Shown here one piece after another: positions 38,357 through 58,628 of a DNA stretch of 64,000 bases. The notes under the pieces are model-generated. The model was not told where the DNA came from. It saw only the letters and a list, made by a program, of their open reading frames with translations, and ran no database searches. The stretch's first letter is position 1; the number at the start of each line of letters is the position of its first letter. The position numbers and the translations under genes were made by a program. Source of the DNA: Salpingoeca rosetta (Eukaryota > Protista > Choanoflagellata); contig JAWQFM010000034.1 of assembly GCA_033442325.1 (NCBI GenBank), positions 522,347-586,346 on the forward strand. Direction: 5' to 3'.

Positions 38357-38945
38357 TCATAGCACACGCTCACATGCACACATGCACACGTGCACACTTG
38401 GTGATGATGCTTCCACAGTGCTTGCTTGCTTGATGGCGTAAACGCTTTGCCTTTGAGGTGAGTAAAGAGAGCATGCGGCACACGTAGGCAGAGAGTGTGT
38501 GAGCGCGCACGCACGCGGCAGCCAAGCGAGCATTCAACAAGCGATCACAACCACACACGCGCGCACATGAACAACATAACTCGTTTCATTTCTCGCAATC
38601 GCAAAACAAAGGCAGCAGCTTTGGAAAGAAAGAAGACGAGAAAAAAAAAGCGAAGAAAGAAGAAGAAGAGGAGAAAGGACAGGTGGGAAGGCATCAGCAA
38701 CGCTTATGGCACACGTGCACGCTGATGCGCTGGTGCTGTGATGTCGTGATGTGACAACACTCCCCACGTTGCGATTCTTACTTGCGTGATCTCCCTTCTC
38801 TCCATCTCTTTCCTCTCTTCCGCCTATCGCCATCTCCTTCTACTTCCTCGCATTGCTTCTTGCTTGGGTCTGACGCTGGCTCACCCTGTGCTCCCTGTTG
38901 ACACGTGCGTTGTGTTACCCAGCAAGCTGCTCATCGCCAGCAAAG

Positions 38946-42549
<3,604 letters not shown>

Positions 42550-42749
42550 GCAACAGCACCAACACACACCAAACACCACAAACACAACAAACACCAACCA
42601 AACACCACAAACAACACGACTTTTGTTCAGGTTCGATTTCTTGTTGAAATCTTCACTAGTTTTCCAATACTCCAATACAACTGAATTCAGACTTTCCGTT
42701 TCTCCCATTTGCCACAAGAAGCGAAGACAAAAAGGAGAGCACACACACA

Positions 42750-42863
<114 letters not shown>

Positions 42864-42953
42864 CACACGCACACACACATCAGTGGCTGCTTCTTCTCTA
42901 CCCCCCCCCCCAACTCCCTTCCGCTTGACGGTCTTGACGGAGTGACAAGCATT

Positions 42954-44233
42954 ATGGCTGAGGCCAACAGCAATGGCGACGCTGCCCACGGCGGCGAAGA
43001 CTTTTACGCTCTGCTCAACGTGTCGCGTGATGTGAGTGTGCATGTGTGATGTGTGTGTGTGTGTGTGATGTGTGTGATTCTGTGATGTGACGATGGTGGA
43101 TGGTGGTGATCATGCTGGTGGCGACGGTGTTCTTGTGGAGTGGTGGTGTGTGGAGTGTGACATATCGCTGGCGAACCTCCACCTAACCAGCGCACCTTCC
43201 GCACCTGGCATTGGTCTCACTCCGTTCCCCTAACCCCTTTCTCCTGACCCCTTTCTCCTCACCACTCACCCCTCTTGTTTTTTTCACTTTGCGACAAACA
43301 GGCACGTGTTGAGGAAATCCGCAGCGCGTACCGGCAGATGTGCATGCTGTACCACCCCGACAAGCACACGGACCCAGCCAAGCAAGAGGTCATTCCGCGC
43401 AAAAGCGGGGCGCTTTAAACCATGCTTGCCTTGAACTCTGTGCACTTGACCTCGGCTCTGTGTGCACTCGTTTCATTGAGTTGGTTGGTTGGCTGCTTGT
43501 GTCGATTGCTCACTTCACATTCCTACCTGCCGCATGTTGTGGCGGGTGCAAATCTCTGCCTTGTCGCTGCGTGCTTCTTTCTCTGCCAACAGCTGGCCCG
43601 CGAGATGTTTCCCAGAATACAGCGCGCCTACGAAGGTGGGATGCACAACGTGCCATCGTTGTGCGGTGCCAGAGCACAGCTTATTCATCGTCCTGGCTTC
43701 ATTGCCCTGGCTTCCCTTGTTGCACTCACGTTGCTCTCACATTTGCCCCGCATTGTCCCCACATTATCATCATGACCTCGCACTCACCTTGTTCCACCCT
43801 CGCTGCAACTCACCCCCCCCCCTCATTATGTTCCTCTTCTTCCCGCCTTTTTTCGTTCCCTTTGTGCTGCTGCAGTGCTGTCTGACGAGCAGCAGCGTGC
43901 CGTGTACGACATCTACGGAGAATCGGGCCTCACCGCCGGCACCGAGGTGCGTGCACGCACATGCGTGCATCTTGTGCATGTATGGCATGCTGTGTGTTGC
44001 CGTAGGTGTGTCGTGGTGCAACAAGTCTACTGCATGGCATGTGTTGCGTGCTGGTAACTGATGCCCACATTCGCATGTGCTGCTTCTCGTGTATCGTTCT
44101 GTTGCTCTGCATGAACTGCGTGTGGTGCTTTTCCTTCACAGCTTGCGCCCTACTACAACACCGTGGCCGAGGTGAGCACATGTGTGTGTGTGTGTGTGTG
44201 TGCGCGCGCGCGCGTGTGTGTGCGTGTGCTCGA

Positions 44234-44267
<34 letters not shown>

Positions 44268-44287
44268 CGCGTGTGTGCGTGTGCTTG

Positions 44288-44324
<37 letters not shown>

Positions 44325-45232
44325 CAGAGTGCGCTCACCGCCTACCACTGCGCGTGCGTGTGTATTCCCCAGTTGAAAGCGGAGTACGAGATGGTGCAAC
44401 GCAAGCGCGAACAAGAACAACTACTGGCCATGACCGCCCCAAAGGTGACCACGCTTCACAAATCATATACATGCTTCACGCGCATGCTCGTAACGTTGTT
44501 TGTGTGTGTGTGTGTATGTGTGTGGGCGTGTGTGTGTGTTTACATTAGAGAGTGTGTGTGTGTGTTGTGCGATGGCTCTGCTTGCACTGCTTTTGCCGCG
44601 TGTGTTGACTCACTGCTTCGTATCTGCATCACCATCACCGTGCGTGCGTGCGTGTGTGTTCAGGGGATGATTTCGCTGAACATTGACGCAACAGAGTGGT
44701 TCAACCCGCGAAAGTACGACGACGAAGACGACGATGAGGTGGATGATGACGGCAGCAGCAGCAGCAGCACTTGGTACCGCGATGATGGTGACGATGTTGA
44801 TGGTGATGAAGATGACGATACACATGATGATGACGAAGATGGTGGTGATGGCGGCGTGTCTGCCACATCATACCGCTTCGCTGATGATGATGACGATGAG
44901 GAGGAGGATGTGGATGACTTTGATGATTTCGACGACGAGGAATATTTTGACGACGACCTCACACTCAGGTATGTTATCTGCGGTGGGCGTGTGTGTACGA
45001 GTGGGTGGGCAGGTGCGACAACACGCTCAGTTTTCCATGTCGTCATGTAGACATCAACACCACATACACACATACACACACATGCACAAATGCACGCGTG
45101 CACACGTGCTCATTCGTGTCGTCCTTTGTTGTTGTTGTTTCACTTCACTGCACACCAGCCGCATCTTCTCGGGCATTTACGTCTCCGGCATGAAGTTTGA
45201 GCAGAGCGTGCAGGTGTGTGCATACGCAGCCG

Positions 45233-45279
<47 letters not shown>

Positions 45280-45941
45280 GCGTGTGTATATGTGTGTGTG
45301 TGCAGTTTGCAGTGTAGAGTTCCACGACTGATGCAGCTCACAGCATCCGTTATCACCCCATCACGCCGTCCTGCTCCCTCCGCCCTGCTGCCACCACCGC
45401 CAGACGCGCCCCACGTCCTCTGACACAATCACCCTCAACGGGACACTCAGCACACAGTTCACCAAGTACGTGCCTGTTGTGTGGCTGTGCCTGTGGTGTG
45501 GTTGTCCTGTGTTGTGCCTGTGGTGTGGTTGGGTTGGGTTGTTGTGCCTGTGGTGTTGTTGTGCCTGTGGTGTGGTTGTGCTGTGCTGTGCTGTGTTGTG
45601 TTGTGTTGTGTTGTGTTGTGTTGTGTTGTTTGCGTGCTTCTTTCATCCTTTTGGTGCTGCCCCGACCTTTTGTGTCAACTTCTTCTGATTCCTTGCCATG
45701 AAGAAGTATGACCCTTACTCGCCACACTTGCTGCAACACCAACCATCATGATCAACAACAACAACAACCCGTCCTTCCGCCCATGTGTGTGCAGGGGCAC
45801 AGGGCAGGTGTCTGGCACGTGGACGCATCAGCTGTCGCCGTCGGTCTCGACCGAGACGACGCTCGCTGTCGGCAGCCACCGCCTCCTCCGCTGCAAAGTC
45901 CAGCAGTCCCTCCAGCACGGCAGGGGGTGCGTACACGCGTA

Positions 45942-46029
<88 letters not shown>

Positions 46030-47764
46030 TGCGTACCCCGAGCCGTCGTGTAGCTTTGGCGCTCACACCATCGTCTCATACACAAAATTCACACACTCGC
46101 ACCCACTCACATACACGCATGCGCGCTTGCTCCACCCCTCTTCCCCCTCAAACCACCACCATCACCACCATCAGGCTCGCGTTTGCAGATGTGATGGCGA
46201 CACACATGAACTACCGCGGGCGGTCTCTGATTGGCGTGGGCGCTTCCATTGGTGAGCTGCCACGCAATCCGCGTGCCGGTGTGCTCGCATTGGCTGTGGG
46301 GATGCACGAATGTTCTCATTGGTCATCGTGCCTGACGCAGAGTGTGCACAAGCGGAACCAATCACTCGCTCACTCGCTCACTCACTCACTCACTTCACTC
46401 ACTTCACTCACTCACTCACTCGCTCACTCACTCACTTCACTCACTTCACTCACTCACTCACTCACTCACTCACTCACTCACTCACTCACTCACTCACTCA
46501 CTCACTCACTCACTCACACACACACACTCACTCGCACACTCACTCACTCACTCACTCACTCACTCACTCACTCACTCACTCCCTCACTCACTCCCTCACT
46601 CCCTGCCACCATCATCCCTCCTCCTCCCCCCTTCCCAAGGATTGCTGCGGTCGCTGACGGATCGGGTGCAAGGCCTGCTGCACTGGAAGGTTGGCCTGGA
46701 CTCGAGCATGACCACCTCCTTCATGTACAACCACGCCGCCGCCTCCCACTCCCTCGCATGCAAGGTGCGCACTTTGAACCTGTGCCGTGATCACCCGTAC
46801 CATGATGAGTTGTACAGTGCCCTTGCTTGCCGTGTTTGATCCGAATCTGACCTTCTGCCCTTGGTACCGGATGGATGATTGCGCCTGCCTTTTCCATGCA
46901 AAGCGTTCGCGTGCTTGCTGTTACTGACTGCGGTCGACTGCTTTCGCCCCTTTTTATGACTCCGCTCACACGACGCGTTCACCCACAACAAACACACACA
47001 CATAAAACAACACAACCCCCCCCCCCTTCAACGCACACACACACACACACTGCCTGCAGCTGTCTGCGCGCACGCCGTCGCTGAGTGTGCAGTCTGCGTT
47101 CCCGCTGACAGATGACCTGCGCCTCAAGCTCACCGCCACCGCCACCCTCGACGACGTGTCGGTGGGATATGGCCTGGAGCGACAGCTCACCGACCACACC
47201 AAGCTTGGGCTGGGCCTGTACAGCAGCCGCGCCGAGGGCGTGTCTGTCCGCGTCAAGTTTGTCACCATGCGCCAGGCGTATGTGCTGCCCATCCAGCTGT
47301 CGGACGAACTGTCCACCTCCGCCGTGGTGTACGGGACGCTCTTCCCGCTCATCACCTACGCAGCTGTGCGGCAGCTTGTGATTGTGCCGTGGCTGCGCTC
47401 CCTGGAGCGGCGGGAGCTGGCCGAGAAGCGTCGCCGCAATGCCGTGCTGGTTGAACGGCAGCGGCAGCAGGCCAAGGCAGCCGTCGTGCTCATGCAGGAG
47501 ACGGTGCAGCGCAAGATTGAGAGCGAGGAGCGTGTGCAGGGGCTCATCATCGTGCAGGCGTGGTACGGCAGGCTCGTGGGGGACGCCAGTCGAGGTACAG
47601 GTACAGCAGCATCATCATCATCATCGTCATCGTCGTCAGCGGCGGCGTCGTTCTTCGGTCTGTCATCCTATTCCTCGTCGTCAACGGAAGAAGAGGACCA
47701 GGACCTCGTGGTACGTGTGTGTGGGGGGGGGGTGTAGTCTGTGTATTATGTGTGTGTTGGGGGG

Positions 47765-47803
<39 letters not shown>

Positions 47804-48578
47804 GTGGGTGTGTGTGTGTGTTAGTGGGTGTGTGTGTGTGTGTGTGTGTGTGTTAGTGGGTGTGTGTGTGTGTGGTCGTGTGGTCGTGGGTGGGTGTCAA
47901 TGCTGGTCATGAGAGGTTGTCAACACTTTGCCCGTCCCCAACCCATCACCCTCGTCACCCTCGTGTTGCCACCACCACCACCAAAAATACACAACAGGTG
48001 GACGTGACTGTGCCGTTGCAGTGCTTGGTGAAGGACTCCAAGCTGATACTCCAAGCGTCCTCGAAGGTAATCCATTTCGGGTTGTCTTGAAACCACATGC
48101 TACATGCCCTGTCCACCCTCTTTTCAGCTGCCCTCTTACATCATCACGGTGCTAACTTGGCACTGTCCTTGTATCTATCTCGCCGTTGTCTCGCTCCGTG
48201 TAGGCGAGCCTGGTTGGCTTCTACGACCCGTGCTTGGATGAGCCAAAGGTGAGGAACTTGCGCACAACTCGCCACACATGCCACGAATGCTCTTCCCATC
48301 ACGACAGCGGAACACACACATACACACACACACGCATACACACACATACATACACACACGCACGCACTAATGGTCCACTTCCTCGCACTCTGCCTTTCAT
48401 TCACGCGTGCACGCACACACACACACACATGCCTGGGCACAACAACCGCCAACGGCAGCAATTGCGCGTGGTGTATCGCTTCCACAATGCGCTGCACGAG
48501 GTGACTGTCAACGACGACGAGGAACTCAGGATCCCCAAGCGGTCGCACAAGAAGCAGCAGCAACAACAACAACAATAA
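42954..48578 (+). CDS. DNAJC11: DnaJ homolog subfamily C member 11 (J domain + DUF3395 C-terminus)
   Basis: DFYALLNVSRD|ARVEEIRSAYRQMCMLYHPDKH, AYE|VLSDEQQRAVYDIYGESGL, GLIIVQAWYG, VDVTVPLQCLVKDSKLIL, LVGFYDPCLDEPK, QLRVVYRFHNALHEVTVNDDEELRIPKRSH. Confidence 0.92.
46362..46600 (+). repeat. (TCAC)n tetranucleotide tract, intronic in DNAJC11
   Basis: About 55 imperfect units seen directly. Confidence 0.93.
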
Positions 48579-48955
48579 GCCAAGCAAGCAAGCTGGAGTG
48601 AACGAGCGAGGGCAGTGCTGTGCTCTGTATGTCATGTGTGTGTGTGTCAGGTGTGTGTGTGTGTGTGTGTCATGTGTGTGTGTGTTTGGCGTGAATGTCT
48701 CCCGAACAATCACCATCTTGTGCAATTGCAACAAAAATACACGTTGATAAGTTTCGGCATGGGAATTTCTCAGGCACAAAACGCACAAACAAAACAACCA
48801 CAGCAGACACAACAAGCAAGAAGGAAGCAGCAAGCGATCGCCAGAAACACAACACCCAGCCACCGCCTTCTGTCCTCATCGCGTCTGCCACCCTCAAGCC
48901 CCTAAGCCCAAGCCCTCACCTACTGGCGCAGCGGCTTGTCGACCGCGAAGGAGGA

Positions 48956-51900
48956 ATGGCAGGCACAGCACTAGCCGTCGTTGCGCTGCTGGTGCTGGCG
49001 TGCATCAGCAGCGCAGCAGCAACAACGACAGCAACGCAAGACGAAATACTCCATTTTGGGTTTGTTGACGCAACACCCCACGAGGGCAACCACAACCACC
49101 ACCACCACCGCCACGACAACAACACTCACGGCAGCAACAACAACACTGCCAACTACGGCAATGGTTTGACGGGCAGTGACGCGTTGTTAGCTCTTCCACA
49201 GTGTGCCGGCGAAGACGCCGCACACTCTCTGCCTCTGGGTTGCCCGGATCATCAAGCCTTTTGCTCATCGGCCGTGCGCCGCGTTTTGGCATCTATGGCA
49301 AGCATCGATGCCTTGCTTGCACGCACGCAGGAACGGCCCTTTGGAGATGCGGGAGGCGAAGGGGCGCACGACCACCTGCGCGGTGGGGCAGAGGCGTTGA
49401 GGCTCACACAGCACGTGCTGCGCGAGCTGCACGGCGACTTTCCGCTCCTTCGCTCCATCCTGACACAGTTTTGTCCGGACATCAGGAACACGCGTCCTTC
49501 CATGCGTCCTGAAAAGTCAAACAAGCAACCAAGACCTGCATCAAGTCCAGCAAGCGCGTCAGCGCTTCCTGCTGCTGAGCCCATCGTGGACATGCAGATG
49601 GACACAACAGTGCCCAAGACCCGCGATACAAACCAAGACGCAGCGGTGCTCAGCCAGGGCTATGATGTCGCTTCACGCATGCCGCGACTGCGCCCACGCC
49701 GCGAAGATCCCGACAATGAGAAGCCTCGCCACAACGCAACAATCGCCACATGCAGCCTGCAAGACTTGGTGGACGGCGCATGCAATTCAGCCCGCCAATC
49801 CGCAACCTTTAGCATTTTTTTCAGGGGCTTCTTGTTCGACCCACTAGATGGAGACACCCAGGCAGCGAACAACGTGTTGCATGTCAGCAACAATGTGAAG
49901 CCAACGAGGCTGCGCCTTCATGGTACCATCCCTGAGGACCATTTGCGACTGGTGATTGACAAAGGAGCATGGAACTACGTAACAGAAGTCATTGTCCAAG
50001 GCTGGCAGCCTGGCGAGTTTGACCTGGGACTCTTGCGCGGGCTGCCGCTCCTCACACACGTGCAAATCTTGGACAGCGAGCTCGTGGGCGTGCAGTTGTC
50101 CTCCACAGGTGACGCCGGTGACAACAATGAGCTGGTTGCTCTAGAGAAACGGCTCGTCCTCCTCAACTTGACGAGCAACAGCCTGACCAACTTGCATCCG
50201 GGGCTCTTTGCCAACATGGAAAACCTAATGCATCTGTGGCTCAACGACAATCAAGTTACCGCGCTGGATGAGAACGTGTTTGAAAAGCTGTCAACCCTCC
50301 AGACGCTGTCGCTTCGAAACAACCGCATCTCCGAGATTGACGACAAGGCATTCACAGGACTGACCAACTTGCAGCGCCTCGGGCTTGGGTACAATGCCCT
50401 GTCATCGCTAAAAGAGGACGTGTTTGAGCCACTCACGTCGCTGCAGGCACTCTTCCTGGAGAACAACCCCATTGAGCGACTCAAGTCGGAAACCTTCAAG
50501 AAGCTCTCCAATCTCCTTCGCCTTGAGCTCACCTTCTCGCCGCTCAACGTGCTCAGCGATGAGCTCTTCAAGTACACGACGCGGCTGCAGCAGTTGATAC
50601 TGCGGCAGAACCGGTTCGAGACCCTACCCGAGGATGTCTTCCATCCTCTCACCAACTTGGAAACGCTCGACCTGTCGCACAACAGGCTGACGTTCATTAC
50701 ACAGAGCCACTTCAAACACCAGGCCAAGCTCACGCACCTCTTGCTGCTGGGCAACAGAATCACAACCATCGCATTCAAGGCGTTTGGTCAGCTCACGAGC
50801 CTGAAACGCCTCGACCTTCAACACAACGACCTCACCCTCGTTGACGCAGTTTGGTTCGATCGTGAGAGCGCGCAACACATTGAAGAGTTGGAGTTGAGCT
50901 CCAACAAGCTGACCCAGTTCCCGCCAGACCTACTCGACATGCTTGATGGGCTGAGGGTACTGTCCATTGCCAAGAACAAGTTGACAAAGTTTGTTCCACC
51001 ACTGGTGGCGGGCCGCACCTTTGGACTGAGGCACCTGCGCCTCAGTGACAACCCACTCGACACCTTTCCCTCCCTGGGCAGCTTTCCCCAGCTGCGGGAG
51101 CTGGAAGCAAACAACCACATGATCCCCCAGGTCAACGTCACGCCTGTGCTCAATGTCACCAGCTTGCGCGCGCTGGAAGTGGCGGCGCACCCGCACAACA
51201 AAGGCGTGCGCTTAATCGTGGAGGAAAGTGCGCTGAAGGAGCTGATGTCAGAGACAGGCAAGCCACTGCTGGAGAACCTGCGGCACCTCGACCTGCGCAA
51301 CGTTGACATCACAGCAGCCCTGAAGCTGCCACTCAGCCACCTCCAACTGACACACCTCCGCCTGGGCTGGGAGGGAATGGCAGAGACCACGTTTCCTGCC
51401 AGCAATATCTGCGAGTTGCTTGGACAACATGTGGAGGAGATTGAGTTGACGGGCACCCATTACACGGACTTGGAAATGTGCGAGAACAAGACGTTTAGCT
51501 CCATCTTGCTGACAGAGAACAAGCTGTTGCGCACTGTCACAGTGCGCGCCCACCTGCGGCAGCTCAACCTCTCCGGCTGCAGTGATCTGCACGACTTGTT
51601 CCTGCCATCTGCGGAGTTGCTTGACATCAGCGGCACACGGCTGCACCCAGACCCTGGCCTGTGCAATGGCTGGGGCCGCAGCATGCTGTTTGCCCGCAAC
51701 TGGAAGAATGAGCACGTGCAGCAGAACCAGGCGACGCTGCGGCTCCTGCTGGCCCGCTGCCTGCAGACAGTTGATTTGATTGACCTTGGCGCCAACGACT
51801 GGTTGGACGAGCCAGACAAGGTGAAGGACGTTGTGTCACCGCTGACAGTGCTCTCAAAGCGCCCCGTGTTCACGGAGAACGGTGTGCAGCTCCGCAGCCG

Positions 51901-52858
51901 CGAGACCATGCCGGTGTTCCTGCTGGAGAACACGCCCATTGCGTGCGGCCTGCACGTGAGCAACGCGCGCGTGTCGTTGAGCAGGGAGCCACAGAATGAC
52001 GATGACGACAACGACAACGACAACAACAATGACGACCAGCAGTCCACACGCGTGGCCTACACCTTCCAATGCTCGTGCGCTGGTGGCTATCACAAGGGCA
52101 ACAACAATCGATGCGTGCGAGATAACCGAGACCAGTACCTGCTGTTGTTTGGTGCCCTGTTCGGGGTGCTGGTGGTGCAAGCGGTGGTGTTTGTTGTCGT
52201 GCGGTATGTGCGCCGACATCGACAGCTGGTGCAGGACCACACGCTGAAGACGCAGCTGCTGGTGGAGCGAGACGAGGAGGTGCTGGCGCTGAAGAAGGCG
52301 TGGGAGATTGGCTACAACGAACTGCGCTCCCTCACACACATCTCCACGGGTGCGTTTGGTACGGTGTACAAGGCGGAGTGGGACACGGTGACGGTGGCGG
52401 TGAAGGTGATGCAGCAAGGGGTGAGCATATTTGATGACAACTCGCAGCATGAGTTTGAGAAGGAGGTGGAGTTCCTGCAGCGGACACGGCACCCGCACGT
52501 GGTGCGGTTCTTTGGCGCGGGCACACACCCCAACGGCAGCCCGTTCCTCGTGCTGGAGTTTGTGGCGATGGGTTCCCTGAAGCAGCTGCTGTTTGACCGC
52601 GGGCTTGAGGCTGTGCTGCAAGAGCACTTGCGTGAGCGAGAGCGGGCCAACGCCGCGGAGGGCAGCGAGCAAGGCGGGGGTCGCAGCAACCGCACGTATA
52701 CGACGGTTGATGTGGGCGAGAGCGTGATGGTGACGGAAAGGCCCACCTCCACCGTCGACATGCCGGAATTGCCGCTCTCCTCCTGGGGTCTCAGACAGCG
52801 GCTGGCGCGTGATGTGGCTTGTGGCATGGCCTTTATCCACAGCCTCGACCAAGTGCAC

Positions 52859-52905
<47 letters not shown>

Positions 52906-53905
52906 AGAGGGGGGGTTGGGGAGCGGTTGTATCTCGTTTGTTTCTTGTGTTCCATTGAGTTGTGTGGTACATGTTTGTTTCTCTCGTTGCCCCGCAAGTC
53001 ACCCACACATTCATTCACACACACACACACGCACACACACACACACACACATACACACACATACACACACACACGCACACATCCGCAGGGATTTGAAGAG
53101 CGGCAACGTGCTGGTGTCTGCGCATTTGCGTGCGAAAATCTCGGATTTCGGATCTATTCGCCAGAAGCTGGCGACCGGCGCACGGCACACAGCCGGCACG
53201 AATGTGGACGGGAAAGCTGACGAGAACAGCATCAAGTACTCACGCACGCTCGGCGCCACCACCATGCACCTAACCATGACAGCTGGCGTGGGCACACCCA
53301 TGTACATGGCGCCGGAGGCCCTGTATGGGCACGAGTACGGCCTCAAAGCGGACGTGTTCAGCTTTGGCGTGCTGCTGTGGGAGATTGCCTGCGTGCAGCA
53401 CCCCGACATCATCTCGCAGGAGTATGGCGACTCGTTTGACGGACCCCTCTTCCCCACCCTCAAACAACTCCTCGAAGACGGCAAGCGCCTCAAGTTCTCA
53501 GGTGTGTATGTTGATGTGTGTGTGTGTGTGTGTGAACGTGTGTGTGCGTGTGCGTGTGTGTGTGTACGTATGTGCGTGTGTGTGAACGTGTGTGTGTGTG
53601 TGTGTGTGTGTGTGAACGTGTGTGAACGTGTGTGAACGTGTGTGAACGTGCGTGTGTGAGTGAATACTGTTTCCCTTCAATCGTACAACTACCTGAGTGA
53701 TTGTCGAGCTGTGACGACCATCAGTGACTTCAGTCGCTCCAGCAGTGTGCGCTCTTGCTCACCCACCAGTTACGTTTTCGACACCTTCTCAGATGAGGCT
53801 GCAAGTCAGACGCCAACCTGGTACCGTGCACTCACGTACAAGTGCATGGCCCAAGATCCAGACGGCCGCCCTTCCTTCAAGCAACTGAAGACCAACCTCA
53901 TGTAG
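48956..53905 (+). CDS. LRR receptor-like TKL Ser/Thr protein kinase, paralog 3
   Basis: Exons 48956-52860, 53089-53501 and 53793-53905. Signal peptide MAGTALAVVALLVLACISSAAA, LRRs, FQCSCAGGY...RC, TM (YLLLFGALFGVLVVQAVVFVVV), [42 protein letters not shown]. Confidence 0.93.
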
Positions 53906-53948
53906 TCTGCTGGCTGTTGTTTAAGTTGTTATTGTTGTTGTTGTTAAG

Positions 53949-54007
<59 letters not shown>

Positions 54008-54456
54008 GCAGACTTGCAGAGCTGCTGCCTGTGGTCCTTCCCCCTGTTGCCGCTGCCGTTGAAAGTAGCATGCTTGCGTTGACCTTGTTCTGTTCTCTTG
54101 TCTCCAACAGACCAGCCCTTGCCGCCCCCCCCCACTCGCCCGCTCTGTGTGTGACATTGTTGTCTTGTGGCTGCTCGCTTCTGTTGCCTTGTTGCCTTTG
54201 GCAGCCCGTAGAACTCATTTCCTCTTCACCCATGGTTTTAGAACGTTTACATTAGTTTGTACCCTCCTACTCCTAACCAACCCTCTGTTCCGTTGGCATG
54301 CAGCGTGCAGTGGTCTGGTCTGGTTGCGAAGGAGTGTTCTAGTGTAGTAGTGTTTGACATTCCCCTTTCCGTTCCTTGTCATTAGAGCCTACCACTGTGA
54401 AACGTGCGTTGTGTGCGTCGTGTGCGACGTGACGTGGGAGTGCTAGAGCAGGAGAG

Positions 54457-54492
<36 letters not shown>

Positions 54493-54929
54493 CGTGTGTG
54501 TGTACGTGCATGGGTGGGAGAAGAGAGAGAGAGAGAGAGACTGAGAGAGACTGAGAGAGAGAGACCAACACAAGAACACACACACACACTGCGCAGGCAA
54601 CGGTTGTTTGTGGCATCTTTCGTAAATAATCGGCACAGCGGTGAAAAAAATACAAAAAAATAAATCCAACCAACTGCTCGCTTGCTTGCTTGTTGTCGTT
54701 GGCTGAAAAGGAGGAACAAGAGATACACACCCACTCACTCGCCAACACAACCTCCCCTTGCCACCGCAACGCACAACACACAACGCACGACGCTGAAGGA
54801 GACTTCGCTCGGTTTGTTTGTGGACACACCCTCCCGACCTGCGCTCCACTGGCTATCACAGCAACGGCATCGTCATCTCCGGAGCCACACAGGCAGACAG
54901 ACAGACAAACAGACAGACAAACAACAGCC

Positions 54930-57468
<2,539 letters not shown>

Positions 57469-58154
57469 GCCCTTCCCCCACACCCTTGAACACATACACA
57501 CTCTCACTCACACACTCACACACTCACACACTCACACACACACACACACACTCACACACTCATGCACCCGTGCACTCACAAGCACAAGCACATACACACA
57601 CACATCAATCGTATGCCCCCTTCCTCTTGTCGTCGTCAGTCGCTCTTGGATCTTCAGCTGCTCTCTGGCTCTCGTGCTGTTGTGTTTCTTTGTGCTTGTG
57701 TGGGCGCATTTCCTTCTTCGTCTCCTTTTGCTTCTGTTGTTGACTAAGAATGTGCTTTCGTTTCCAATCACTGTCTGCCTTTTTGGTTTTTGTGTGTGTG
57801 TGTGTGTATGTTTTGTGCAGTGTGTTGTCTATTTCCTGTGCACCCCACATGCACTCGATTCTCGTTTTGGGTTGTGTCCACTCGTTCTTCTCCCTTGACC
57901 TGTTCTTCGACCTGCTTGTTTTTTTCCTTTCCTCTCTCTCACTCTCACGCACGCACACACACTCACTCACACTCACGCACGTTGGCCGTTGCTTCTCTGT
58001 GTTCCTGTGATAGAAAGCGTGCGCGCATGCTCCTCGTTGTGCTCCTGTCGTTGTTGTAAAATGTGTACATCGATTGGTGCATTCATGGTTGCATGTTGAA
58101 CACAGAGAGAGACAGAGACGTATGGAGGAAGCGAGAGAGTGGCACGCACACACG

Positions 58155-58248
<94 letters not shown>

Positions 58249-58482
58249 CACACACACGCATACACCGAATTCATGTGAAGATGTGGTGAATTTTCCAGGA
58301 CCGTTTCTCGCTTCCTCCACGACCAACGTCGTCACACACATCCTCATCACCACGCGCACAAACGCGTGCACACACCCCTCTCACATTGTCACACCACCTC
58401 CTCTCCTCCCCAGCCAGTCTTTGTGTTTGTTTACATTGGCTGCTTCTCAACCACAACAACCCCCTGTAAACAAACGCACCAG

Positions 58483-58545
<63 letters not shown>

Positions 58546-58628
58546 CCTATCCTCTCGACCCCTTCAGTCAACCAATAGCACAAGAGGTGCGGCAGGACGG
58601 CAAGCAAGCGAGCAAGCGAGCATAAGGC

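Noticed and set aside
48695-48955. N-terminal extension of the 1403-aa ORF
   Set aside because: The signal peptide starts at ATG 48956; the upstream in-frame stretch is more likely 5' UTR or intergenic DNA.
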